Source: an uncultured Alphaproteobacteria bacterium
Lineage (GTDB): Bacteria > Electryoneota > RPQS01 > DYHQ01
Direction of reading: 5' to 3'
Length of the DNA stretch: 62,843 bases
Assembly: GCA_964543855.1 (NCBI GenBank)
Contig: CAZJAD010000004.1
Coordinates: 1-62,843 of the forward strand
Shown here: positions 51,799-61,014 of the stretch, in pieces
How positions within the stretch are numbered: the first letter of the stretch is position 1
How the letters are laid out: the number at the start of each line of letters is the position of its first letter
The notes under the pieces: model-generated
Database searches by the model: none
What the model saw: the letters and a program-made list of their open reading frames with translations, nothing else
What the model was told of the DNA's origin: nothing
Program-made: the position numbers and the translations under genes

Positions 51799-53362
51799 TT
51801 CTGGTCGCCTCCTCAGATTCGAGGATAAGTTCGAACCACGTCCCCTTCTCGGGGCGGCTGGAAAGCTTCAACTGTCCTCCATGGCCCTCGACGGCGCGCA
51901 GAGCCGTGGGAAGGGCCAGTCCCAGGCGATTCTTGGATATCTCCCCAAACGGCTGAAAGACAACATCAATCACCTCATCAGGCAACACTTTTCCCGGCAG
52001 GCAGAACTCCACACTCACCTCCCCCGCTCTGGGCTCAGGCTGGCAAATCGATATCCGGTCGCCGTCCTCCGCCCACAGTGAGAGTGTCAAGAGAACAGCA
52101 TCCATAATCAACTCCAGTTGCATCGGATCGGCCTGAACCGGCAAGTCGACTGGAAGCCGCACATCCAGCGGGACTCTGCCTGCTTGCCGTTTCTCCAGCA
52201 CATCGGAGAGATTCAGCCGCTTTTTCTGAGGCGCTTCCAGGCGCGCAAAAGCGGAAAAGTCGCGTATCAGGTTGTTCAGGCGCCGCGATTCCAGAAGCGC
52301 AAGCCGCTGAAGCTTCTTACTCTCGACAGACTCCATGTCCGTTCTGGCAAGCTCTTGAACACAACCGCTGATAGTTGCCAGCGGGTTGCGGATTTCGTGG
52401 GCCAAATCCTTGGCAAGCTCACCGACGGCAGCGAGCCGTTCCTGCCGCCGACGCTCTCGCTCTTCCTGCTTCGCAGCCGTGAGATCCGTAAATAGAATTA
52501 CTCTGCCTCGTTCGCTGGCTGCTTCGCCGCGGAGTGAAAAGATCGAGAATCCAACGGGTCGGCGTCGTCCATCGGCCAAGACGATCTCCGCCTCCGTTCG
52601 GTGCCGGTTGTCACTGTGTTCGTCCACGGCGGCAACGAATTTCTCCAATGCCAGCCGTGTATCACCCTCTGGCGCATCCAAGGAATTCCCTTCATCCTCA
52701 AGACCCAGGATTCTGCGGCCAGCAGGATTGAAATAGAGCACTTCGCCGGTTTTCGTCAGAGCCAGAAGCCCTGTCCCTAGGGACTTCAGAATCGTTTCCG
52801 TATCCAACCGGGTTTGAGACAGCTCTCGCCGTGCTGTCTCCAAGGCCTGACTTCTCGCTCGAAGCCTTTCGGCAAGATAGCCCGTCAGGGCGGCAGTGAG
52901 GGAAAAGTAGACGGCATGGAGAAAGAGCTGGAAAGAGAACGACCACGCACTCTCCGGGTGCAACCCCAAAAGAACGAAGGCGTAGCCAATCTCGGCAAGT
53001 GACGCAATCCAGAAGGCTCCCCACAGCCCCAAGAAGAGGCTCGCGGCTCCAATGGAGAAAAAGTAGAGAAAAACGAACTCACTGACTTCGCCGCCAGTGT
53101 AGTGTATCACCGCCGTGTCCAGCGCCACTCCAAGGGAAAGAAGCAGCCATCGGAGCAGCGCATCGGCACCGCGGACCTTGAACCATAGCCCAGCGGCGGT
53201 CACCAGGAAAAGATTTCCCGAGAAAAGCGCCAGGAGACGCCAGCGGTCGGCCGAGTTCTCCGCCAGAAAAATCAAGGCAAGGCCAAGGATGACACTGACA
53301 AAAAGAAGCCTCGCCAGTAAGTAAGGAGAGAAGTTCCGCTCTCTGTCTGATATGATTCCCAT
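51767..53362 (-). CDS. pilS: membrane sensor histidine kinase, PilS-like
   Basis: 531 aa. About 6 N-terminal TM helices, a PAS-like region, canonical H-box LAKDLAHEIRNPLATISG, and a HATPase domain. Confidence 0.82.
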   Translation of the reverse strand: MGIISDRERNFSPYLLARLLFVSVILGLALIFLAENSADRWRLLALFSGNLFLVTAAGLWFKVRGADALLRWLLLSLGVALDTAVIHYTGGEVSEFVFLYFFSIGAASLFLGLWGAFWIASLAEIGYAFVLLGLHPESAWSFSFQLFLHAVYFSLTAALTGYLAERLRARSQALETARRELSQTRLDTETILKSLGTGLLALTKTGEVLYFNPAGRRILGLEDEGNSLDAPEGDTRLALEKFVAAVDEHSDNRHRTEAEIVLADGRRRPVGFSIFSLRGEAASERGRVILFTDLTAAKQEERERRRQERLAAVGELAKDLAHEIRNPLATISGCVQELARTDMESVESKKLQRLALLESRRLNNLIRDFSAFARLEAPQKKRLNLSDVLEKRQAGRVPLDVRLPVDLPVQADPMQLELIMDAVLLTLSLWAEDGDRISICQPEPRAGEVSVEFCLPGKVLPDEVIDVVFQPFGEISKNRLGLALPTALRAVEGHGGQLKLSSRPEKGTWFELILESEEATRNGGERRSCGA

Positions 53363-53424
53363 GGGGCTGCAAGGCGTCGGCTCGAGCGCGGCCGACGCCC
53401 TTGTCTCCGTTCCGTTTGGATACT

Positions 53425-54624
53425 CTACTTGATGGCTCCCACCAGATCAAACATGGGCAGATACATGGCGATGAGCATACCACCGATAAGTCCCCCCATG
53501 AATACAATCACAATCGGTTCAATCAAGGCGGTCATTGCGGCCACGGCGGCGTCGACCTCTTCATCGTAGAAGTCCGCGATTTTGCCGAGCATTTCGGCAA
53601 GCTTGCCCGTCTGTTCCCCGACCGAAATCAACTGCACAACCATCGGCGGAAAGACTCCCGACTCCTTTAACGGAATCGTGATCGTCTTCCCCTGGGAGAC
53701 GTCGCGGCTCGTGCGCTCGATCGCCTTCTGAATGATAGCGTTTCCAGCCGTCTTGGCCGTGATGTCGAGGCCCTGAAGAATGGGCACACCCGATGATATC
53801 AAGACGCCAAGCGTCCGCGTGAAACGCGCCACGGCTGTCTTGCGAATCACCATGCCGATGACGGGTGTTTTGAGCAGCATCTTATCAACCACGAGCTTCC
53901 CATTCTCGGTCTTGTAAAACCTCCGAAACAGGAAGACAAAGACCACGGTCGCCCCAAGACTGGGTAGGATTCCCTTCTGCACGAGATGGGAAATCGCAAT
54001 GACGAATAGGGTTGGCGCTGGCAATTGCGCGTCCATCTGGGCAAACATGTCCGCAAACACCGGAATGACTTTGAGAAGCAGAAAAGTCGTTGCGCCGATG
54101 GCCACCGTCATGATAACCGCTGGGTAAATCATCGCGCCTTTGACTTTGCGCTTCAGGGCGTTGGCTTTTTCCAAATAAATGGCAAGACGGCCGAAGACCA
54201 TCGCGAGCACGCCACCGGTCTCTCCAGCCTCGACCATGTGCGTGAAGAGACTGTCAAACACACGCTTATGCTTTGACAGGGCTTCGGCAAGCGTGGAGCC
54301 ACCTGACACCGAATTGTGCACTTCGGCGATTACCTTGCCGAACCCTCGATTCGAGACTTGGCTCGCAAGAATGTCGAGACACTGGTCAATGGGCAACCCA
54401 GCGTTCACCATCGTCGAAAAGAGACGCGCAAAGATGGCCAAATCCTTGGTCTTCACCCGTACGGGAAATTGGAATTTAATCTCCCGGGGTTTCGGCCGTA
54501 TTTCACCGACCACGATGCGCTTGGCGCGAAGTTTCGACATCGCTTCGGCCTTGTCATGCGCTTCCATCTCCCCTTCAACATGCTTTTGGCCGGCGGATCG
54601 GCCCGTATAGACGAAGACAGGCAT
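53425..54624 (-). CDS. pilC: type IV pilus platform protein PilC (GspF family)
   Basis: 399 aa. Two T2SSF repeats (FARLFSTMVNAGLPIDQCL, FTRTLGVLISSGVPILQGL) and three TM segments. Confidence 0.92.
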   Translation of the reverse strand: MPVFVYTGRSAGQKHVEGEMEAHDKAEAMSKLRAKRIVVGEIRPKPREIKFQFPVRVKTKDLAIFARLFSTMVNAGLPIDQCLDILASQVSNRGFGKVIAEVHNSVSGGSTLAEALSKHKRVFDSLFTHMVEAGETGGVLAMVFGRLAIYLEKANALKRKVKGAMIYPAVIMTVAIGATTFLLLKVIPVFADMFAQMDAQLPAPTLFVIAISHLVQKGILPSLGATVVFVFLFRRFYKTENGKLVVDKMLLKTPVIGMVIRKTAVARFTRTLGVLISSGVPILQGLDITAKTAGNAIIQKAIERTSRDVSQGKTITIPLKESGVFPPMVVQLISVGEQTGKLAEMLGKIADFYDEEVDAAVAAMTALIEPIVIVFMGGLIGGMLIAMYLPMFDLVGAIK

Positions 54625-54670
54625 TGTGTCACACCTCTCGGTTTGCAGATTGAGATTACTTTGTCAATCC

Positions 54671-55813
54671 TTATGCAGTCACATGAGCCAGAAGTCGGGC
54701 CCGCTCGGCAGCGGTTGTCGGTTTCCTGCCGAGCATCTTCTCCAGTTCCTCCGGCAGGCTCGAATTTGCCAGAGCACGGTCCGCAGACACCGAACCAGCG
54801 ATCACCAGCTCGTAGAGTGCCTGGTTCATCGTTTGCATGCCGAAGCGCCGCGATACCTGAATGATGCCGTACATCTCATGTACCTTGGCGTCTCGAATGA
54901 GCGCACGAATGGCGGGGGTGCACATTAGCACTTCCGCTCCCAGAATCATGCCTCCTCCGGTCTTTTTCGGCAGGAGCTTCTGCGTCACCACGGACTCCAG
55001 ACACAGGGAGAGCTGAGCTCGGACCTGACCTTGTTGATGAGGTGGAAAAACATCAATAATACGATTGATGGATTCGGTCGATGAATTCGTGTGTAGCGTC
55101 GCAAAGACAAGATGTCCGGTCTCCGCCGCGGTCAGTGCCGCGCTGATAGTCTCCAGGTCCCGCATCTCTCCTACGAGAATGACATCAGGGTCCTGACGGA
55201 GTACATACTTCAGTGCCGTGGCAAATGACTTCGTGTCTGCACCCACTTCGCGCTGGTTCACCAAGGCTTGTTTATGGGCATGGACATACTCCACTGGGTC
55301 CTCAATGGTGATGATATGGACCGGTCGCTCGGCATTGATGCGGTCCACGATGCTGGCGAGACTCGTGGTTTTCCCGCAACCGGTTGGCCCGGTGACCAAG
55401 ACTAATCCCTTGGGCTTCTGAATGAAGCTCTGGCAGATTTTTGGAAGTCGAAGCTCCTCAATCGTAGGAATACTGAAAGGAATTGCTCGAATTACTGTGG
55501 ACAGTGACCCACGCTGGAGAAATACGTTTCCCCGGAAGCGTGAGAGTTTCTCGATGCCGAAAGCGAAATCGACTTCAAGTTCGAGTTCGAGCCGCTTCCG
55601 TTGTTTGTCCGCCAACAGGCTATAAGCGAGCTGCTTGCATTCCTCCGGAGTCAGTGGGTCGTAGCTCAGCGATACAAGATGTTGATCGACCCGGATGCGG
55701 GGCGGACTCCCCGCGCATACATGCAGATCCGTACCTCGGGCTTCGACAAGCTCGTGCAACAGACGCCGAATATCCACTATATAGTCCTCCTTCTCTCCTT
55801 CGCATTCCACCAT
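54671..55813 (-). CDS. pilT: type IV pilus retraction ATPase PilT/PilU (copy 2)
   Basis: 380 aa with GTDLHVCAGSPPRIRVDQHL, Walker A GPTGCGKTTS, EDPVEY, GEMRD and TGHLVFATLHT. Confidence 0.88.
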   Translation of the reverse strand: MVECEGEKEDYIVDIRRLLHELVEARGTDLHVCAGSPPRIRVDQHLVSLSYDPLTPEECKQLAYSLLADKQRKRLELELEVDFAFGIEKLSRFRGNVFLQRGSLSTVIRAIPFSIPTIEELRLPKICQSFIQKPKGLVLVTGPTGCGKTTSLASIVDRINAERPVHIITIEDPVEYVHAHKQALVNQREVGADTKSFATALKYVLRQDPDVILVGEMRDLETISAALTAAETGHLVFATLHTNSSTESINRIIDVFPPHQQGQVRAQLSLCLESVVTQKLLPKKTGGGMILGAEVLMCTPAIRALIRDAKVHEMYGIIQVSRRFGMQTMNQALYELVIAGSVSADRALANSSLPEELEKMLGRKPTTAAERARLLAHVTA

Positions 55814-55984
55814 TCATTCATGCGTCTCTCTCGACTGTCAAAACAAGCCCAACCCCCTCGTGAGTCTCTCGACCAGGATTCCCTCATTCCGGTGCCACGG
55901 ATATTTTCGGCTCGATTTTGGGGGACTCCTTTGAGGAAAACAGATGTCGGGTTGGGTGATGAATAGTGATACCCGGTTCCTGCC

Positions 55985-57673
55985 TCATTGTCCTGTTACC
56001 CGCAACACCTCTTCGATTGTCGTGATGCCGTCTTCGAACTTCCGCAACGCGCCCATCCGCAAAGTCAGCATGCCTTCCTTGACCGCCTGATCTTCGATTT
56101 CCTGGGTCGAAGCGTTCTCTAAGATAAGCACGCGCATTCTCGGAGAAATTGGCGTAACCTCATAAATACCTGTTCGTCCCTTGTAACCGCTGTTGCTACA
56201 ATCAAGGCAACCCGTTCCGTGGTAGAACACCTTCCCTTTGACATCTTTGGGATCCAGGCCGGCCTCCCGCAGCGCCTCAGGATGAATGTCAGCCGGTTCG
56301 CGGCATTTCGGGCAGATCTTGCGCATCAAACGCTGCGCCATGATCAGGTTGACGGAACTGGACACGAGAAACCGTTCGACTCCCATGTCAATCAACCGGC
56401 TAATGGTTGCCGCCGCGGAATTCGTGTGCAGCGTCGACAGAACCAGGTGTCCGGTCAGCGCGGCACGGATTGCAATCGAGGCTGTTTCAAGGTCTCGGAT
56501 CTCTCCGATCATGATAATATCCGGGTCCTGTCGCAGAAAAGATCTTAGAGCAGACGCGAATGTCAGTTTTACTTCCTCGCGTATCTGCACTTGATTCAAG
56601 CCCGGAAAACTGTACTCGACTGGGTCCTCGGCCGTGATCGTGTTGACATCTGGGGTGTTTATGTTGGTCAGTGCACTGTAGAGTGTGGTTGTTTTGCCCG
56701 AACCAGTCGGACCGGTGACCAGAATCATGCCATAGGGCATGCGAATAGCTGCGTTGAAATCCTTGAGAGCCTTCGGTTCGAATCCAAGCAAAGACAGGTC
56801 GAGCGTCAGATTCGTCTTGTCCAGAATACGCATCACGACCTTCTCGCCAAACATGGTAGGCAAGGTGGAGACGCGCAAGTCAATCGCATGATCCTCGATC
56901 TTCATCTTGATATGACCGTCCTGAGGGACTCGCCTTTCCGCGATGTCAAGATTCGCCATGATTTTGAGGCGGGAGCTGATGGCACTGCGCAAATGCAATG
57001 GCGGCGACATCACTTCGTAAAGGGTTCCATCAATGCGCGTCCGTATTCGCAGGGATTTCTCATACGGTTCAATATGAATGTCGGATGCACCTTTCTTGAC
57101 GGCGTCGGCGATAATACCGTCCACGAGCTTCACGATCGGCGCACTCTCGATCGCTTCCCTGATCTGACTGACCTCGGCGTCTTCCGCCTCCTCGACGAGC
57201 TCGATACCGGTGCCTCCCATGTCCTTCAGAAACCTATCCAGCGTCCCATCCATGTGGTAGTGCTTCTCGATCGCGCGCAGATACTGCGTCTCCGTGATGA
57301 TCACTGGCTCGACATCGAAGCCCGTGATGAACTTGATATCATCGAGGACAAAGTCAATCGTGGGATCAATCAGGCCAATCGTCAACATCTTGCCTCGACG
57401 CCTGATGGGAAAGACCTGATACTTCTGGATGAATTCGGGGGAAAGGAGATGGAGAACTTCCTCGCTGACTTCCATGTTCTCCAAATCCATGAGCGGCAGG
57501 TTGTAATAGTCGGCGACGAACTTGGCAATCTGATCCTCGGTGACAACGCCCAGCTTGACCAGTTCCGTCACGACGGAGTTCCCCGAGTCTTTCTGGCGCG
57601 ATTTGAAAACCAGAAAATTATCCTGGGTTATCTGATTCGCATTGAGGAGTAGATTAGGAATACGCGATGTCAT
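55985..57673 (-). CDS. pilB: type IV pilus assembly ATPase PilB (GspE family)
   Basis: 562 aa. N-terminal T2SSE_N domain, Walker A GPTGSGKTTT, EDPVEY, GEIRD, TGHLVLSTLHT, and a tetracysteine motif CPKC...CLDC. Confidence 0.93.
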   Translation of the reverse strand: MTSRIPNLLLNANQITQDNFLVFKSRQKDSGNSVVTELVKLGVVTEDQIAKFVADYYNLPLMDLENMEVSEEVLHLLSPEFIQKYQVFPIRRRGKMLTIGLIDPTIDFVLDDIKFITGFDVEPVIITETQYLRAIEKHYHMDGTLDRFLKDMGGTGIELVEEAEDAEVSQIREAIESAPIVKLVDGIIADAVKKGASDIHIEPYEKSLRIRTRIDGTLYEVMSPPLHLRSAISSRLKIMANLDIAERRVPQDGHIKMKIEDHAIDLRVSTLPTMFGEKVVMRILDKTNLTLDLSLLGFEPKALKDFNAAIRMPYGMILVTGPTGSGKTTTLYSALTNINTPDVNTITAEDPVEYSFPGLNQVQIREEVKLTFASALRSFLRQDPDIIMIGEIRDLETASIAIRAALTGHLVLSTLHTNSAAATISRLIDMGVERFLVSSSVNLIMAQRLMRKICPKCREPADIHPEALREAGLDPKDVKGKVFYHGTGCLDCSNSGYKGRTGIYEVTPISPRMRVLILENASTQEIEDQAVKEGMLTLRMGALRKFEDGITTIEEVLRVTGQ

Positions 57674-57816
57674 GGCACTCTGTTCTGACTCATTAAGCCG
57701 TGAGCGATTCGCGAACGAGGACGCGACTGTATGCCCCGGAACTCTGACCCGTTCGTATCTGTGAGCGCTGGCTCTCGCACCCTTGGAGCAAGCTGCAACA
57801 AATCAGCCCGTGAAAT

Positions 57817-57832
57817 TGCAAAGTGCATGCCA
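57817..57832 (-). promoter_or_regulatory. sigma-54 (-24/-12) promoter upstream of pilB
   Basis: The minus strand reads TGGCATGCACTTTGCA (TGGCAY-N5-TTGCA). About 145 nt upstream of the pilB ATG and just downstream of the ychF terminator. Confidence 0.6.
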
Positions 57833-57918
57833 CCGCTTCTCAGTCGCGAGAATACAGCAGTTCGCACGATCTTGTATTCTGCAAACCTTATGCGTCGCTG
57901 TGAATGTAGTTGCAGAGC

Positions 57919-57948
57919 AAAAAAGCCGGTGCGGGAATCTGCACCGGC
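57919..57948 (-). terminator. Rho-independent terminator after ychF
   Basis: The minus strand reads GCCGGTGC-AGATTCCC-GCACCGGC followed by TTTTTT. Confidence 0.75.
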
Positions 57949-57973
57949 CTCTTCAAAGCAACAATCTATAAAT

Positions 57974-59050
57974 TCAGTTGTGACGAATCAACACGATGTC
58001 GCCATCCGTCACCCTATAATCCTTCCCCTCCAAACGGAGCAGACCCTTTTCGCGGCACCCGGTATAACCGCCATGAGCCACGAAGTCGTCATACGAGACA
58101 ATCTCAGCACGAATAAAACGTCGAGCCAAGTCGGTGTGAACCGTCGCTGCGGCGTCCAAAGCTGTCTCGCCGCTGCGCAATGTCCATGCATGGGTCTCGT
58201 TCTCGTTCGTCGTGAAGAAGCTTAAGAGCCCCAACAGGTCAAACGAGGCGTGCAGAACTCGACGCAGTGCTGTCTCCGTCATCCCCAAATCGGCCAAAAA
58301 CGCCGCTTGCTCGTCCGGAGCCAGCTCGGCGATTTCCCGCTCGAGGTCGGCACAAAGAGCCAGGATTCTGGTGTTTCCCTCGGCGAGCTCCGCCTCAAAG
58401 TTTGGCAACTGGGACTGGACAATCGGCAGTTCAGTCTCGTCCGCGTTCACGAGAACAAGCAAGGGTTTCTCTGAAAGAAACTGGAAACCTCGCAACTGTT
58501 TCTTGTCCTCTGAACGAAGCTCCAAGAGCCGCAAAGGTCTGTTATCCTCGAGCAGCGCTCTGCCTTGCTCCAGAAGCTCCAGTTCGTGCTTATCTTCGGC
58601 GGAAAGCGGTTTGACCTTCGCCATTTTTTGCAGCCGCTTCTCCCTCCCATCCAAAACCACGAGATCCGCAAAAATCAGTTCATCCTCGACGCGCCGGATG
58701 TCGCGCAGAACATCGATTCCCTCCTCGAGCTCGCGTTTGCCATAAGCGCGCACAACTTGAACCAGCGCGTCGGCGAGTTTCAGATGGGCCGCGACTTGGG
58801 TCGTGAACCAGTCCGCTTTGGCGCTTCCGGTTTCCACCGGCGGCGTGTCACAGTATTCAACGGCGATGTGAACCGCTTTGGCCGAACCCGTGATGGCGGC
58901 AATTTTCTCCACGCGCTCATCCGGAATCGATGCCACCGCGCGCATCGCCTCGCGTCGGAACGCATGAGCCGGGTCAGGCTCAGTGCCTGTCAACAGATGG
59001 AAAGTGGTCGTCTTGCCGGACTTCGGCAGACCGACGAGCCCGATGTTCAT
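57974..59050 (-). CDS. ychF: ribosome-binding ATPase YchF
   Basis: 358 aa. P-loop IGLVGLPKSGKTT. C-terminal TGS-like domain HTDLARRFIRAEIVSYDDFVAHGG...LRLEGKDYRVTDGDIVLIRHN. Confidence 0.85.
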   Translation of the reverse strand: MNIGLVGLPKSGKTTTFHLLTGTEPDPAHAFRREAMRAVASIPDERVEKIAAITGSAKAVHIAVEYCDTPPVETGSAKADWFTTQVAAHLKLADALVQVVRAYGKRELEEGIDVLRDIRRVEDELIFADLVVLDGREKRLQKMAKVKPLSAEDKHELELLEQGRALLEDNRPLRLLELRSEDKKQLRGFQFLSEKPLLVLVNADETELPIVQSQLPNFEAELAEGNTRILALCADLEREIAELAPDEQAAFLADLGMTETALRRVLHASFDLLGLLSFFTTNENETHAWTLRSGETALDAAATVHTDLARRFIRAEIVSYDDFVAHGGYTGCREKGLLRLEGKDYRVTDGDIVLIRHN

Positions 59051-59109
59051 CTATCCGTCTCTTTCCTCCACGATCGCTCCAATCACTCGCACCGTCCGAT
59101 GTCAGCAGC

Positions 59110-59140
59110 AAAAAGGCCTCGGCGACAAAGCCCGAGGCCT
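59110..59140 (-). terminator. Rho-independent terminator after the Cys-rich protein gene
   Basis: The minus strand reads AGGCCTCGG-GCTTTGTCG-CCGAGGCCT followed by TTTTGC. Confidence 0.6.
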
Positions 59141-59206
59141 CTAAAAACGAAACCGTTTCACTTCACTCCAAATACCTATCTCGACACTCCTGCCCCTTCT
59201 GTAGCA

Positions 59207-59704
59207 TCACTCCGACAGATTGGCCAGGCGGATGAAATCCTCTTCAATGCGTTCGACCTGCTCCAGAACAGCACTGTCAGCGCCGCCGTGTACCATCTCG
59301 CGCAATCGCTTGGAATCACGGATCAATTCCTTCGCTGCGGTTTTGTAGTGCTTCTTCTGCATCCGATCGGCACAACAGGGATACGACTTACTCACTCGTT
59401 TGGCGGCTTTGTAAAGGAAGTTCGCCGATTCGCGGATGTAGGCCACTTCACGCGACTTGCGGGCTTCTCGAACCGGCAACAGGACCGCATGGAATTTCTT
59501 CAGTTCCCACGGTGCCTTGTCTGGATAGAAATCCGCCGATTGATAAGCGTATCCCCAATCCGGATGGTCACACTTTGCGCCACATTTGCCGATACACCCG
59601 CTCGCTGCGTGGCCGCATTTGCCGCCGCATTGACCTCCGGCATATCCCAGCGCAACCAGCGCCAAAAGGGTAAGAACGACTACTGAGGGAAGCCACTTCT
59701 TCAT
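59207..59704 (-). CDS. secreted Cys-rich protein of unknown function
   Basis: 165 aa with signal peptide MKKWLPSVVVLTLLALVALGYA. This is followed by GGQCGGKCGHAASGCIGKCGAKCDHP (three CG.KC-type repeats) and a helical C-terminal domain with a CC pair. Confidence 0.6.
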   Translation of the reverse strand: MKKWLPSVVVLTLLALVALGYAGGQCGGKCGHAASGCIGKCGAKCDHPDWGYAYQSADFYPDKAPWELKKFHAVLLPVREARKSREVAYIRESANFLYKAAKRVSKSYPCCADRMQKKHYKTAAKELIRDSKRLREMVHGGADSAVLEQVERIEEDFIRLANLSE

Positions 59705-59775
59705 ACTTGGTCTCCGTTCAGCTCACGATATTGATGAAGAATGATTTGACAATGGTCTGCTCTCTCTTAGCCTTG

Positions 59776-59804
59776 AATATAACACATTTCATGTGCAAAT
59801 GCAA
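59776..59804 (-). promoter_or_regulatory. sigma-70-type promoter with palindromic spacer, upstream of the Cys-rich protein gene
   Basis: The minus strand reads TTGCAT (59804-59799), 17-nt spacer, TATATT (59781-59776). The spacer contains the inverted repeat CACAT-GAA-ATGTG. Confidence 0.5.
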
Positions 59805-59874
59805 GCAGAAAAACGCGTATGTTCGGCGCGGACTCCCGAAGCGCAAGTGGGATAAGGATACTAAATACAGCAGA

Positions 59875-60963
59875 TTATCTGCCCAGTGAAATCCCGAGCA
59901 TCTCGGCCGCTTTGACGAGCTGGCCGTCAGGCGGAACCGTCTTCAGTTTGCTGACCGCTTCTTCAATCGGCACCGACGAAATCTCGTTGCCCTTCAGGCA
60001 CACCATCCAACCGAATTTCTCTTCAGCGACCAGCTCGACGCCTGCGACGCCGAATTGCGTTCCCAGGATGCGGTCGATGGTCGTCGGCGATCCCCCGCGC
60101 TGTAAATGCCCCAAAACCGTGCAGCGTGTGTCAATATCCGTCCGTTTCTTTATCTCCTGCGCCACCCAGTTGCCGATGCCACCCAATCGATCGGCCCAGT
60201 AGCCATCCGACGCCTTCTCGATGACGACCTTTTCGCCACTCTCCAGTTTCGCGCCTTCGGCGACGACGATGATGCTGAAGCGGCTACCGGTCAAATCCCG
60301 CTGCTTGATCTTGCGCACGACCTTCTCCATGGAGAAAGGTACCTCCGGGATGAGGACGACATCGGCACCACCGGCAATCCCCGCTTCGAGGGCAATCCAG
60401 CCCGCGTCGCGTCCCATGACTTCGATCACCATAACGCGATGATGGCTTTCCGCGGTCGTGTGCAGTTTGTCCAAGGCCTCGGTGGCGGTCGTAATGGCCG
60501 TGTTGTAACCAAAAGTCCGGTCCGTGCCCGACAGGTCGTTGTCGATGGTCTTTGGAATACCGACCACTGGCACGCCCAGCTTGAAAAGGTCGCGCGCGAT
60601 GGTCAGCGTGCCATCACCGCCGATGCAGACAATAGCATCCAGCCCGAGAGTCTGGATGTTTTCCAGAAGAACCGGCGTCATGTCCTCAACGACCGTCTCG
60701 CCATTCTTCTTGATGGTATGCTTGAAGGGATTGCCCCGGTTCGTTGTTCCGAGGATGGTTCCGCCGCGTGGGAGTATCCCCCGCACATCTTTGGATGTGA
60801 GTTCGCGCACTCGCTTAGCGTTGATGAGGCCGTCGAAGCCGTCTTCGATGCCGACGACTTCCCAGCGATAATAGTCGTGGGCGCTGCGCACAACCGCGCG
60901 TATCACCGCGTTCAAGCCCGGTGCGTCTCCGCCACCCGTCGAGATAGCGATTTTCCGAATCAC
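59875..60963 (-). CDS. pfkA: 6-phosphofructokinase (phosphoryl donor not assignable)
   Basis: 362 aa with TGGGDAPGLNAVIRAVV, CIGGDGT, GIPKTIDNDL, MGRDAGWIAL and LGHLQRGGSP. Confidence 0.9.
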   Translation of the reverse strand: MIRKIAISTGGGDAPGLNAVIRAVVRSAHDYYRWEVVGIEDGFDGLINAKRVRELTSKDVRGILPRGGTILGTTNRGNPFKHTIKKNGETVVEDMTPVLLENIQTLGLDAIVCIGGDGTLTIARDLFKLGVPVVGIPKTIDNDLSGTDRTFGYNTAITTATEALDKLHTTAESHHRVMVIEVMGRDAGWIALEAGIAGGADVVLIPEVPFSMEKVVRKIKQRDLTGSRFSIIVVAEGAKLESGEKVVIEKASDGYWADRLGGIGNWVAQEIKKRTDIDTRCTVLGHLQRGGSPTTIDRILGTQFGVAGVELVAEEKFGWMVCLKGNEISSVPIEEAVSKLKTVPPDGQLVKAAEMLGISLGR

Positions 60964-61014
60964 GCTTGATCCTCCCAGCCTTTTGCGGCCGCAACATCGC
61001 CCATCGTGAGAAAC

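Noticed and set aside
56591-57652. 353-aa plus-strand ORF antisense to pilB
   Set aside because: It is a shadow of a gene with full GspE-family motifs. The 58565-59686 ORF is the same kind of shadow, antisense to ychF and the Cys-rich gene.
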